Source of the DNA: Octopus sinensis
Taxonomy: Eukaryota
Direction of reading: 5' to 3'
DNA length: 64,000 nt
Assembly (NCBI RefSeq): GCF_006345805.1
Contig: NC_043006.1
Coordinates: 34,038,001 to 34,102,000 of the forward strand
The position numbers were made by a program, and so were the translations under genes. Within the stretch, counting starts at the first letter, position 1. Each line of letters begins with the position of its first letter. The notes below the pieces were generated by a model. That model searched no databases, was not told the DNA's origin, and was given only the letters and a program-made list of their open reading frames with translations. Below are positions 1 through 12,068 of the stretch, piece after piece.

Positions 1-66
1 TATGTGTCTTCTTCTATAGCACCAAAGCTTAGTAAATGGATTTGGTGGATGGGAACTGAAAGAAGC
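1..66 (+). mobile_element. SINE family A fragment
   Basis: Degenerate match to gtcttctactatagc...gtggatttggtagacggaaactgaaagaagc of the full copies. Confidence 0.7.
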
Positions 67-594
67 ATATAGTATACACACAAACACATGTTTTGCAAAC
101 AACTTGTACATTCAAGTGCTACCAGTCAAGAACTCCACATAGTGGAATCCAGCAAATGTATGGGGTCATTAGGAGAGAATGCACGCCATTTTGGGGCCTA
201 CCTCTCAATGGCATCATTGCACACCGGCACCCCACTCACTGATATTAGGCCCCACTTGCTAGATCAACTGGTTACCAAATAAAGCTCAATATACTTCCAG
301 CCTTCATTCATCATCTCTTTATAACCAAAGCCAGTGTCTTGCCTTTTCCACTGCAGCTTGCCTAGTGTTCATGGTGGTATTTACTTTATGATGAGTTAGG
401 CCTAATGATAACAACAGTCACCTCATATTGCATCCAATGAATCCTCTATATCTTCAATTGGAAAATGCTCTGCTTTCCAACATATGTTAATGTTTGTTTT
501 TGTGTTCAGTGATAATAGAAACAATTTTACATTAACCTGATGGGTCACTCTATACTTTTGTAGAGTCCAAATTCATTATTCTTTAATAATTATC

Positions 595-693
595 TTGTTG
601 ACTGTGACTGGAAGTTTTGGCCAGTGATTCCATCATCAGACTGCAGTCTGATAATGGCTTAACTGGCCAAGATTTCGAAGTCACTGTCAATAA
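595..693. repeat. ~100-bp imperfect palindrome made of two degenerate hammerhead-like motifs head-to-head
   Basis: Arms gtgact-gaagttttggccagt-atcagactg / cagtctgat-actggccaagat-agtcac centred on ctgcag; each arm reads CTGATRA-stem-(G)AAAY-ttc..-GTC. Confidence 0.7.
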
Positions 694-712
694 TATTCTT
701 GTTTAAGAATAA

Positions 713-1115
713 GATGGTGAGCTGGCAGAAACTTTAGCACACCGGGTGAAATGCTTAGTGGTATTTCGTCTGCCATTACATTCTGAGTTCAAATTCCGCC
801 GAGGTCGACTTTGCCTTTCGTCCTTTCGGGGTCGATAAATTAAGTACCAGTTACGCACTGGGGTCGATGTAATCAACTTAATCCCTTTGTCTGTCCTTGT
901 TTGTCCCCTCTAAGTTTAGCCCCTTGTGGGTAGTAAAGAAATAGGTATTTCCTCTGTTACGCTCTGAGTTCAAATTCAGCTGAGGTTGCTTTTTGCTTTT
1001 CATCCTTTCAGGGTTGATAAATTAAGTACCAGTGGCATACTGGAGTCAATCTAATCGACTGCCCTTCCCCCTCCCAAAACATTTTAGGCCTTGTGTCTAG
1101 AGCAGAAAAGATTCT
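713..1115 (+). mobile_element. SINE family B, dimeric copy
   Basis: ggtgagctggcagaa head, gagttcaaattcc B-box-like motif, tttgcctttcatcctttcggggtcgataaattaagtaccag core present twice. Confidence 0.85.
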
Positions 1116-1159
1116 ATTCATTATTTAAGAATAATGCATGTGTGTGTGCGTGTATACAC

Positions 1160-1392
1160 CTTTGTCTTGACAGCATGTGATGATTGTGAATGAGCATCAT
1201 CATCATACTAGTGATGCTGTTAATTTCCGGTCTTCCATGGAAAAACATGTCTGGCCATGAGGAAATATTACCCTGTTTGGAAACAGGTGAAGGTTGGTGA
1301 CAGGAAGGGCATCTGGCTGCAGAAAATCTGCCTCAAATCATTTTGCCTGTCCCATTGCAAGCATGGAAAAGTGGACACTGAAACAATGGCAA
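1160..1392 (+). mobile_element. SINE-like family E (RTE-type tail)
   Basis: ggaaatattacc..ggaaacagg..aggaagggcatc..gcaagcatggaaaagtggac; other copies at 9480, 20285, 28415. Confidence 0.75.
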
Positions 1393-1424
1393 CAACACTT
1401 TAAAGTGAGCCAACAAGAGAACCT

Positions 1425-1615
1425 CCTCAATGTGGTAACATGATTGCTAGAAATAGCAACCACATTTTCCTCAAATCATATCTGACATAATGCTTAATGT
1501 AGTTTGATGTACGAAAGACTTGAAATAATAGACAGAAAGGTCATGGTTGGAATACTTCTGAACATAGGTCTGTCTGTTCAGTCAGGACTGAGATGGAGCT
1601 AAGCTACAATAACAT
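1425..1615 (+). mobile_element. SINE-like family F fragment
   Basis: ctagaaatagca..ctcaaatca..ggtcatgg.tggaat..cataggtct motif, shared with several other loci. Confidence 0.6.
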
Positions 1616-1983
1616 TGTACAAACATTAAATGTTTTTTCTCTGACCCCAGCAGTTGGTAGTTTTGCAATGGTTAATTTCTAAAGCTCTGTTTGTAGAGCC
1701 CCGATTTGCTGCCAGCAGAACTGACAATGGCCATTGTATTTAACTTATTGCAGATACAAATTGTTTTAACTCAATACCGTCAGTGTTGTCTCTCAGTCTT
1801 CTCTCTCTGTGCTGAGGACATTGCGAAGAATAATTATTATAATATGGCTGAAACTTGTTCATTCATTGTTGATGCAAATACTCTGGTTTGTAAAGAAGAG
1901 ACTGTTGTTGTTGCCATCTGTTGGTTTATATTTCCTGAATTGTGCAATAGATGCTATATATATATATGTATATGTATATGGTG

Positions 1984-2032
<49 letters not shown>

Positions 2033-2037
2033 TATCA

Positions 2038-2098
2038 TCATCATCATCGTTTAACGTCCACTTACCATGCTAGCATAGGTTGGACGATTTGACTGAAA
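2038..2098 (-). mobile_element. Family C (RTE 3' tail) short copy
   Basis: (cat)n cgtttaacgtccac..ccatgctagcat.ggttggacg, next to (TA)n. Confidence 0.7.
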
Positions 2099-2143
<45 letters not shown>

Positions 2144-2714
2144 CGCACACACACACACACATAAATGCACACACACAAATATACACACACATATGCACAC
2201 ACACACACATGCACACACACACACACACACATATGCACACACACACATATATGCACACACATATGTATATATATACGCACACAAACACACACATACACAC
2301 ACACACGTACACGCACACATATATATATGTGCACACACACAAATATATACATGTGCATATACGTGTGTATGTGGATGTATGTATGCATGAATGCAAAAAG
2401 TAGCAAACCCATTTGTTGTTTCTGTGTATTTTCCTGAACCCTACTATTCCTGGTTATAGATTTCCACTGGTTCACTGCATTTCCATTGGCAGGAATAACA
2501 AGGGAGTCTCTGTGCAACTCAGGCAGAGTAAATTCATAGGGTATTTTTATTTGCTTCATCGATTTATTATTTTACCTTGCTGACGTCATCATGTATTTTA
2601 ATGTCCCTTTTTTCTCACTGGTATGGGTTGCAAGGCTTTACATGAACTGGCAAGACAAGGGTCTATGCCAAGTTTCAGGGTTTGCATTGCTAAACACATC
2701 TTCATAGATTCTAT

Positions 2715-2910
2715 TTTTTATTTGTTTCAGGCATTAGACTGTGGCCATGCTGGGGCACTGCCTTCAAGAATTTTAGAGGAATGAATTAAACTCAGTACTT
2801 GTTTACTTTTAACAGGTACTTATTCTATCATTCTGTTTTGCTGAACCACTAAGTTACAGGGACATCAACACCACGAACACCAGTTGTCAAGTGGTTGTGG
2901 GGTCAGACAT
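2715..2910 (-). mobile_element. SINE family A 3' module
   Basis: ttgtttcag..gactgtggccatgctggggcac..cagttgtcaag, reverse of the A tail. Confidence 0.7.
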
Positions 2911-3006
2911 GCACGCACACATGCATGCACGCACACATGCATGCACGCACACATGCATGCACGCACATGCACACACTCACACACACAAACGCATGCACAC
3001 ACATGC

Positions 3007-3875
3007 ACAAGGTACAGTGAATAAATCATCTAAATTACACAAAAATTAAAATAACACTGACATCTCATTTTGACAGATATATTTACCAAAATTACATAAA
3101 AATATCTTGACATACTATTGGGTAAATTTATTCAATAAAATCGCCATTGACTTCAACCACAGAATCCAGACGACTTTGGAATCGCCTGTAACTTTTCTGG
3201 AAGGTCTCCTTGTTTAAAATGGTGAATGCTGCCATAATCCTTGCCTTCAGTTCATCTTTGGTGTTAGGAGTTTTGTTGGTCTCTCACTCAACTGTGCCCC
3301 ACACATAAGAAGCAAGGGGTTTGCAGTCTGGGGAGTTAGGTGGCCAGATGTTAGGGGTGGTGTCGTCACAGAAATTGTCTGACAGCTGTGACTGTGTTCT
3401 CCTGCTTGTGTGGAATAGTGCAGAGTCCTGTTGCCAGACATAGGGTCTTCCAGCAGTCACCCTGTTGATCCAGGGCAGCGCTAACTCCTTCAAGCACTTG
3501 ATATAAGCCTCCGTGTTGAGTGTGAGGCCATGTGTGAAGATGAATGGGGGCATAACGTTGCCATCACTAGTAATCACTCCAGACACTATGATGTTGACTG
3601 GATGTTTAGTTTTTATCACTCTTGGTACATGTCCTCAGATTGAGACCCAAACACTCTGAAAGGTTTGTATTGGAGCTTTTGGTTCAAATGCCAAGCAGTG
3701 CAGCAATTGTTTCCAAATTTTTGGCAGAGTGAATTGTGTTATGGTGTTGTTTTTCTCACAGATGGTGCCCAACTGGTCCTACTGTACTGTGTAGTCAACA
3801 AAATCAAAAACAAACAATGCACATGTGCAAAATTAAAAGTATAAAATGGCAACAATTTACCCATTGCACCCTGTA
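3007..3875 (-). mobile_element. Internally deleted Tc1/mariner-superfamily DNA transposon, DD37D (maT-like)
   Basis: ORF 3284-3619 has QQDSALFHTS...WPPNSPDCKPLA with 37 residues from the second D to the third D position (here A); terminal ..ttgcaccctgTA resembles a TIR. Confidence 0.8.
3284..3619 (-). pseudogene. DD37D transposase catalytic-domain fragment
   Basis: VSGVITSDG, PYVWQQDS, WPPNSPD, YVWG motifs; no N-terminal DNA-binding domain. Confidence 0.8.
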
Positions 3876-3879
3876 AATG

Positions 3880-4040
3880 ATGGGCTTCTGTCAATTTCAG
3901 TCGACCAAATCCACTCTCAAGGCTTTGTTTGGCCTAGGGATATAGTAGAATACACTTGGCCAATGTGCTCCACAGTAGGACTGAACCCAGAACCATGTGG
4001 TTGGCAAGCAAACTTCTTACCACACAGCTGCACCTGCACA
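3880..4040 (-). mobile_element. SINE family A head
   Basis: Reverse of the tRNA-like head and cttgggcaagtgt CORE-like segment. Confidence 0.75.
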
Positions 4041-4170
4041 TATTCATACACATGACTAGCACATAATCTGCATATATACACACATATACCTGTATTACCA
4101 ACTATATATCTATACACACTCCACACTCATATATGCATTTCTTACATGTACACACACACAGGTATATATA

Positions 4171-4330
4171 TACATTATTTACATGTGATGGATATTTGTC
4201 CTCATGTTGTTTGTTGTTAACACAATGTTTTGGCTGATATACCCTCCTGCCTTCATCAGTTGTCTTGGGTGAAATTTCGAACCTGGGTTCTCATTCCTAA
4301 GGTATTTTTTGATGTTATTATTATTATTAT
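4171..4330 (-). mobile_element. SINE family D 3' tail with HHR motif (left arm of inverted pair)
   Basis: Reverse complement of 4440-4580; preceded in its own sense by an (AAT)n linker. Confidence 0.85.
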
Positions 4331-4598
4331 TCAAAGATTCCAAGTTCGATTCCAGGCAGTGACCTGGATACTACTACTACTACTACTACTACTAATAATA
4401 ATAATAATAACAATAATAATAATAATAATAATAATAATATCAAAAAATACCTTAGGAATGAGAATCCAGGTTTGAAATTTCCCCAAGACACTTGATGAAG
4501 GCTGGAGGGTATATCAGACGAAACGTTGTGTTAACAACAAACAAGATGAGGATATATATCCATCAAATCTAAATAATGTACATAATTCCTCATTTCTT
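4331..4598 (+). mobile_element. SINE family D, 5'-truncated, with HHR motif
   Basis: B box gttcgattcc, (TAC)n(AAT)n linker, tail gacac-ttgatga-a-ggctg..cagac-gaaacgtt-gtgtt at 4486-4532. Confidence 0.85.
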
Positions 4599-5635
4599 AT
4601 TCCTGCATTTTCAATTCTTTTACTTGTTTCATTCATCAGATTACAGAACCTTACAAAGGCACCGTCTTCAAGAGTTTCAGCTGATCATATCAACCCTGGT
4701 CCTTATATCGGTCTAATACATATTTTATCAATAGCAGTTTGTCAAACCACTACGTTACGGGAGAAAAATGGACATGCATAATCACCTGGTTTTAGATTGA
4801 ATCAAATATACATACATGCAGAAATACACACACACACACACACATTCTCTCTCACTCTCTCTCTCTCTCTCTCATACACTCTCTCCCTCACACACACACA
4901 CACACACACACTCTCTCTCAGACACACACACACGCACTCATACTCTCTCTCACACACACAATTCTGTCCAGCTTCATATATCAACTTCCATACACATATA
5001 TTAAACATCCTCAGTTTATGATGGCCAAAGTACAGGCGATGTCGTGCAATTACGCATATTCAACTGGCTGCAGTAATATAATATGAAAACAAATAACCAC
5101 ACTGAAAGCTGAATAGAAAACTCCAGTAAATATTTATAGCAACATAGTCTTTCAATCCTAACTTTCCCAAAACACACAGATTAAAATTTCTGAATAGAAA
5201 TCAAATAATATCAACAACACTTTAGCCTCACTTTAACAAAAACTGATCAACTAATTTATTTCCAAACATTCTTTTGTGAACCCCAAAACACAGCGAAAAC
5301 CAACTTTCTATAGAAAGAATCTTATGGCTCAAATCCGACTCAGCTAAATTGAACACTCTGTACACAGTAGCTTCCACATTTGACTGAACTCTGAACAGTA
5401 ACACAATTCCCATATCAAACCAAACAAAGTCTTCCAGCAATAACTTTCTATCAGCCCACACTCTACAAACTTGCTTTCCTCCTACCCACTTCTTTCCCCC
5501 TCCTTTCACATCTTCTTCACAAACCTACATACATCATGCTTACTGATCATTTCGCATAGCTACACCTGCTACACCTACCCCAGGAAAACAACTTGCCAAA
5601 GAATATATAAAGACAAAATGAACTAAAGTACAGAA

Positions 5636-5693
5636 GAGCCTGATGAAGACTAGTAAAATAAAACTTCAGAGTTACTGTCAACATTCTTCTTGT
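5636..5693 (+). repeat. Degenerate hammerhead-like relic related to 595-693
   Basis: cCTGATGAagact..AAAACttcagaGTTactgtcaa shares its 3' half with gaagtcactgtcaa at 678-690. Confidence 0.4.
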
Positions 5694-5699
5694 AAACAT

Positions 5700-5700
<1 letters not shown>

Positions 5701-5770
<70 letters not shown>
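5701..5770. repeat. (TG)n microsatellite
   Basis: ~34 uninterrupted TG units. Confidence 0.95.
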
Positions 5771-5772
<2 letters not shown>

Positions 5773-6587
5773 CACCAGCAATATTAAAGGCAGCTGAAGC
5801 TGGAATTTCGCAGTTGTGCTATTCAGCCTGGATCCTGTAAAGCATGGCAGAAAATCAAAACAATCTTATAGGAATTTGCCTGCTTACTTTTCAATTGTCT
5901 TCACATAGGTTAATGGTATTTCCTGCACTCGATGAAGCCATTACAGCTTCAGCAAAAAAATCATGTCTATAACTCCAGATTTTATTTAATGTTTGGCTGG
6001 AGAGTTACCTTGTCTGCCTGTCTGTCTATCTGTCTCTCTCTCAGCTCGGCCTGAATCACTATACTTCTCTTAGCATCATTTCATTGTATATGTATACATA
6101 TGAGTATGTCTAATATATATATATGTGTAATGAGTAAGGAAAGAAAAATTCTTTGATGCAAAAAGTATGATCTGGACACAGTAAGGAAAACAAAATCTTC
6201 AAAATACTTCATAACCTAGACCTATATTCAAGCATCAGATCAGAGACATCTGTGAAATGTAAACACTTTGCTCATCATCACATGATTAAAACTATGTGAA
6301 TACATACACATTTGATATTGTTTTAGACTATCTTCATCTTTGCTCCTTCTTATTCTACCATTCCTTGTGCTTTGATTCTTCTTCACATTTTTTCTTACAA
6401 CAGTCCCTCCCACTACTATCATGTACCCATTTATTGTGCTTCTATATCTTTTAATCTCTTTCAGTCTCCTGTAATATTTTTCTCCTTCAATTTCAAACAA
6501 AAACTGCTTCTTTATCCATTTTTCTCCAAAATCAGAACCAGAGATTGTGAAGGGGTACCTAAGAAGTTATGTATGTACATGTGTGTA

Positions 6588-6625
<38 letters not shown>

Positions 6626-6659
6626 AATACTTACATACATACAAAGCACATATACAAAA

Positions 6660-6800
6660 CATCATTTAACATCTGTTTTCTATGCTAGCATGGGTTGGAT
6701 GATTTGACATGGATGGAAGCAGTACCAGGCTCAATAGTTTGTTTTGGCTTGGTCTCTACAGCTGGATGTTTTTTCATGGCACCAACACCGACAGGGTCAC
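6660..6800 (-). mobile_element. Family C copy
   Basis: catcatttaacatc..ctatgctagcatgggttggatg..tctacagctggatg. Confidence 0.7.
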
Positions 6801-6999
6801 CGAGTACCTTGCAAGACAAACAAAAAGCTATATTGGTTTTACTGATCAGCCCTCTTATCATGAAAACACATACACATTTAGATGATAAACACAAATTTTA
6901 TAAATATATTGAGACATAACTAAAAACAGAGCAGACATATATTAGACAGTCAGGTCTATGAGGAAGTCTCCATACAGTTGCTCAGTCAGCTAGAAATAA

Positions 7000-7145
7000 C
7001 AGGAAGGGCATCGAGCTGTAGAAACTTTGCCAGATCAGATTGGAGCTTGGTGCAGCCTTCTGGCTTCCCAGCCCTCAGTCAAACCGTCCAACCCATGCCA
7101 GCAGGGAAAGCGGATGTTAAACAATGACGATGATGATGATGATGA
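7000..7145 (+). mobile_element. Family C copy
   Basis: aggaagggcatc..aaaccgtccaacccatgccagc..gatgttaaac(gat)n followed by (TA)n. Confidence 0.8.
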
Positions 7146-7384
7146 TATATATATATATGTGTATGTATGTGTGTATATGCATGCAAATGTAGAATGGACG
7201 CACATACAGAACAGACAAATGCACATACACAGAGCAGACAAACACTCACATATACACACATACAGAATAAACACTCGCGTACATACATACACACAAATGC
7301 ACATGGCAATTTTACTTAAGATTTTACTTAATGTTGGGAAACTTTACAAATGCATTCAGATGCATTAATTCACATATATATTCA

Positions 7385-7428
<44 letters not shown>

Positions 7429-8271
7429 ACATATAAACATGTGCACACACACATATAAAGACACACACACACATTCATATATACACACATCCAAAACAAG
7501 CCTCTGATTAAAATAGCACAGTTATTTTTTACCTCTTCAATTTTCTAAGATTTCAATTGTTTTTTTTTGTTTTAATTTAAAAAAATTTTTGTTTCTTTCT
7601 TTCTATTTTTTTCAAATTTCTTAGGCATGATGGCTTAGAAATTTCATAGGTATATCAATATAGTACTATAATTACATACACACACACACACACTTGTATA
7701 TAGATGTATTTACATGTTTCTGTATGTGTTTTGTATGCCTGATTTGTTTAAATGTGGCTGCCTGATTGTTTTTGAGGATGTGTGTGTGTATGAGAGAGAG
7801 AGAGAGTGCCTGTATGTATGTACTTGTGTGTGAGTACGTACAGAGATGTTTGTGTATGCAGCTATACAGGTGGTTTTGTGCATGCATACAACTGTATGCA
7901 TGTCTATGAACATGTAAATGTATGTGCATACATGCCCATGTGTATATGCATATGTGAGTGTGGTATATGTTATATACAGAAACATGTATATGCATACATT
8001 GAAGTGAATGCTATAAAGTGGTCTGTATTTTTTTATATAATTTTATAGCTCATTTAAATACCTTCCAGTTGTGTGTGTGTGTGTGTATACACAAATGCTG
8101 GAGTTCTTTAGTTTGTTTTTAGGTATCCCAGCTAATGCTGTAGTTAAGTGGTGCCTTCCAACTGTTTGTGTATGAACATGTACGTATATCATCATCATTT
8201 GATGTCTATTTTCCTTGCCTGCATGGGTTAGACATTGGTATATATATTTTTGTTATACATGTGTATCTGTA

Positions 8272-8425
8272 GCACTGTGTAGGCATGGATGTGTGGTAAG
8301 AAGCCTGCTTCCTGATCAGATGGTTCGAAGTTCAGTTGTACTGTGTGGCACCTTGGGCAAGTGTCTTCTACTATAGCCTCAGGCCAACCAAGTCCTTGTG
8401 AGCGGATAGGTTGGTGGAAACTAAA
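8272..8425 (+). mobile_element. SINE family A head
   Basis: ggatgtgtggtaag..ggttc..gcaccttgggcaagtgtcttctactatagcc. Confidence 0.8.
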
Positions 8426-8539
8426 AGAACCCCATCATTTCAGGCCTTTAATGATAATATCGATTCCCTTTGGTGGCGTCAGCGACGAGAAGCCGCTGGC
8501 AAATAGTGAGCAAACAAACAAGAGACCAAACATGACAGA

Positions 8540-8630
8540 AAGTAAATATACAAATGAAAATGAAATAAATATACAAACGAAAATGAAGTAAATATACAAA
8601 CGAAAATGAAATAAATGTACAGACAAAATA
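8540..8630. repeat. 22-bp minisatellite, ~4 units
   Basis: Unit aaatatacaaacgaaaatgaa(a/g)t repeated. Confidence 0.8.
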
Positions 8631-9479
8631 ATATTCGAGACAACGAGTGGACAAAAGACAAAGATGAAAATGAACCAGACAGAATGTGGACATAGAAAGG
8701 AAATGAAATAAATAAAGAGAATAAGGCCTTATTGCTCAGACATGAAAATATAAGTGACACCAAGGAGAGTATCCTGGAAGATTGGAAACAAAATGAACAG
8801 AGAGACAACAAACTGTGTTGAAAGTGGGAGAAACACGACTGGTTGCATTGGTGATTGGCAAGGAAAGGAAATGGAGAAAAGAGGTGATGGTGACCACAGG
8901 TCATGTGTCAGTGGTAGAAGGGAAATAAAATGGAAGAGGGCAGAGGAACCTTTCAGCACTCTCTCATATATCTCTGCTTTTTAACTCTTTATGTCTATAG
9001 ACAATGCTTTCTCTCAAGACAAATGCCCTAGTTTCCAGCATTTCTACAGCATATCTGTGTTAAGTATGATATACAGATAAAGTGCTATGGTTCATATTCC
9101 CCTTTCCCTAGAGAAAAGTGTAATATATAAATATAAAAAAAAACTCTCTTCAGTCAGACACCTGCCAAAACAGCAAGAGCGCAGCATTTTGCTCATGCCC
9201 ACATGAAAGAAAAAATGCGATCACATACCTACAAACTGGATGTTACTCTTCTTCAGCTCCAGTAACAGAGAACACTCAACACTTTTCCATCTCTGATGAA
9301 TGCAGTTATTAAATAACCTTCTAATTAGCTAATATCCTGTTCAACATGCATTTATAAGACCAACTATAATGGAACTATAATACTGCATACTTTAATATAC
9401 CCACTCTATTGACAAATATGCAAGTTCCCATCTTTATGACTTGTGGATTCTTGTATAACTGAGTGTGTGTGTGTGTGTT

Positions 9480-9692
9480 ACTGTCTCCTTGCCTTGACTT
9501 TGCAAGACAGTCATCAATGAGTGTCAGCGTTATGCAAGAGATATCATTCATTTTCAGTCTTCTATGACTGGTCTTTGGGAAATGTTACCTTTGAAAGGTT
9601 TGGTAACAGGAAAGGCATCCACTTGTAAAAAATCTGCATCACCAATTCCTCTCTGACCCATGCAAACATGGAAAGGTGGATGTTAAATGATC
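9480..9692 (+). mobile_element. SINE-like family E
   Basis: Colinear with 1160-1392. Confidence 0.7.
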
Positions 9693-9715
9693 ATGTGTGT
9701 GTTAATATTTTGCTT

Positions 9716-9763
<48 letters not shown>

Positions 9764-9774
9764 CCCGCTGATTG

Positions 9775-10042
9775 GCTCCTGTGGCAGTGACACGTAAAAA
9801 GCACCATCCAGACATGGTTGATGCCAGTGCCCTCTGACTGGCTCCCATGCTAGAGGCAAATAAAAAGCACCCACTACACTCTCGGAGTGGTTGGCATTAG
9901 GAAGGGCATCCAGCTGTAGAAACATTGCCAGATCAGATTGGAGCCTGTGCAGCCTACTGGCTTGCCAGTCCTCAGTCAAACTTTCCAACCTATGCCAGCA
10001 TGGACAGCAGATGTTAAGCGATGATGATGTTAAGCGATGATG
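9775..10042 (+). mobile_element. Family C copy
   Basis: cacgtaaaaagcacc units, ggagtggttggcattaggaagggcatccagc, (gat)n tail. Confidence 0.85.
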
Positions 10043-10121
10043 ATGGTTATGATATACATATACTATATATATATATGTGTGTGTGTATATATGTGCATAT
10101 ATGTGTGTGCACGTGTGTATG

Positions 10122-10174
<53 letters not shown>

Positions 10175-10856
10175 CTGTGTCTATTAATATTTTGCTTAGG
10201 TGTGTGTGTATATATATATATATGTACACACACACACACATATATAATCTTAATATTTTGTTTAGTTGTGTGTGTGTATACACACACACACACACACACA
10301 GAGACAGATTTACCCATCCCATCTCCAAACACATCTCTAAATACATAGATCGTGAAAAGGCAAAAATATATAAAAAAAATTAAGCAAATAAACAAGAAAT
10401 GATTAAGAAAGCCAACAGAAATGAAAAAGAACAAATGCAAAAAGTTACTAAAAAATTATTTAAAAAATTTCCATTTATTTATATTTCAATATTTCTTAAA
10501 TCTTTTCTCTTTTTTTTTTTCTTTATTCACTTATGGATTTTAATTTTGTATTTGTTGGGTATTTCTGCAGGGGTCTGAAGTTGTGTGTAGAATCAATATT
10601 TGATAGAAAAGTTAAGAAATTAGGAATTATTTTTATGTGCTTCTATTTGTCTTTTTTTAAAATTTTTTTCCATTCACACTCTCCTCTCTTCCTTGTTTCC
10701 TCGAAAAGGATAAAGAAAATATCGATAGAATAAGTAACAAGCTTTAAAAAAAAATGTACAGGGGTTGATTCATTCAGCCAATATTCTTCAAAGAGGTGCC
10801 CAAGCGTGGCCACAATCTAATGACTCAAACCAGTAAAAGATATATATGTATATATA

Positions 10857-11125
10857 CACAAGGGGCGGTGAATAAACTGTCGTCTAATTTGTGCAAAAAT
10901 GAAAATAACACTGACATTTTAACAGATATATTTATCAAAATTACTTTAAAAAAATATCTTGAAATATTAAAGAGTAAATTTATTCAATAAAATCGCCATT
11001 GGCTTCAACTACGTCCTCCAGACGACTTTGGAATCTCCTGCAACTCTTCTGGATGGTCTCCTTATTTAAGTTCGTGAATGCTGCCATAACCCTTGCCTTC
11101 AGTTCATCTTTGGTGTTACAAGGAG
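10857..11125 (-). mobile_element. Second fragment of the maT-like transposon (3' end)
   Basis: Colinear with 3007-3265 (aataacactgac..aataaaatcgccatt..gccttcagttcatctttggtgtta). Confidence 0.8.
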
Positions 11126-11334
11126 TTGTTTATAATGTAGCTTTGCAATAAGTTCCAAGTCGACAAATAATATCATTGCTTGAGAAATATTGTTCAAGTT
11201 TAATAAAATTTAATATGTACTCAATGTGTGAAGTATCATTGTTGGGCTCAAGGTCCAATGATGAGCCCTCCACAGGAGCTAGCTTAAAAGCTGCCGGATG
11301 GAGCAGCTTTTAAGCTAGTATATATATATATTTT

Positions 11335-12068
11335 ACACTTTTATGTGTTTCAGTCATTTGACTGCAGCCATGCTGGAGTGTTGCCTTAAAGAGTTTTAGT
11401 CAAAGAAATTGACCTCAGGACTTATCTCTATATATATAAACGGCAAAATGTCTGTCTGCGTGTGTATGTATCCTTTATACAAATCCACAATTTTTCAGTT
11501 TCTATGGCTTGCACTTTCTATGGTCATTCAAAACCGTCCAAGAGTGGTCGCGCACATCTTTACATTTCCCTAGTCACCCCGCAAAGCCATTAAAAAATCA
11601 ATAGAAGTGACTTTTTTTATGAGTTTTCTATCCAAAACCCAATCAAAATGCCCGAAACTTGATACGCCAATTGAATGCCAGCTAGCTGTATGTTATTGGT
11701 TGGAGATTTGGACAGTACTTGCGTGTATGTGTGCACGCACACAGCTGTATATGCATGCACTGGCACTGCTGGGTCATAGTGCTAGTTCTTTATAAGTCTA
11801 GTACTTATTCTATCAGACTCTTTTGCTGAAAGTTACAGGGACATAAACCACTGGCATCAGTTGTCAAGTGATAGCAGGGAAACAAACACATACATGAATA
11901 CACACACACACACACACAAATACATATGACAGGCTTCTTTCAGTTTCCGTCTTCCAAATCTACCCATAAAGCTTTCGTTGGCTGGAGGCTGGTGCTGCGT
12001 AGTGTGATTGAACCCAGAACTATGTGGTTGGTAAGCAAGTAGCCTACCACACAACCACACCTGTGCCT
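11335..12068 (-). mobile_element. SINE family A interrupted by a Helitron
   Basis: The A consensus ggacttattcttt is split at 11424/11786. Confidence 0.8.
11425..11785 (+). mobile_element. Non-autonomous Helitron, 361 bp
   Basis: Starts TC(tctatatatataaa), ends CTAG with a GC-rich subterminal segment, inserted between A and T, no TSD. Confidence 0.8.

Noticed and set aside
4621-4640. Minus-strand CTGATGA-at-GAAAC
   Set aside because: There is no helix II; it is a mutated SINE A tail (aatgactgaaacaagt).
5905-5975. Possible terminal exon after a good acceptor (LMVFPALDEAITASAKKSCL*)
   Set aside because: No recognisable homology, no supporting neighbouring exons, and splice-like motifs are common by chance.
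9215-9295. Minus-strand acceptor/donor pair defining a 65-nt exon
   Set aside because: There are stops in all three frames and no other support.
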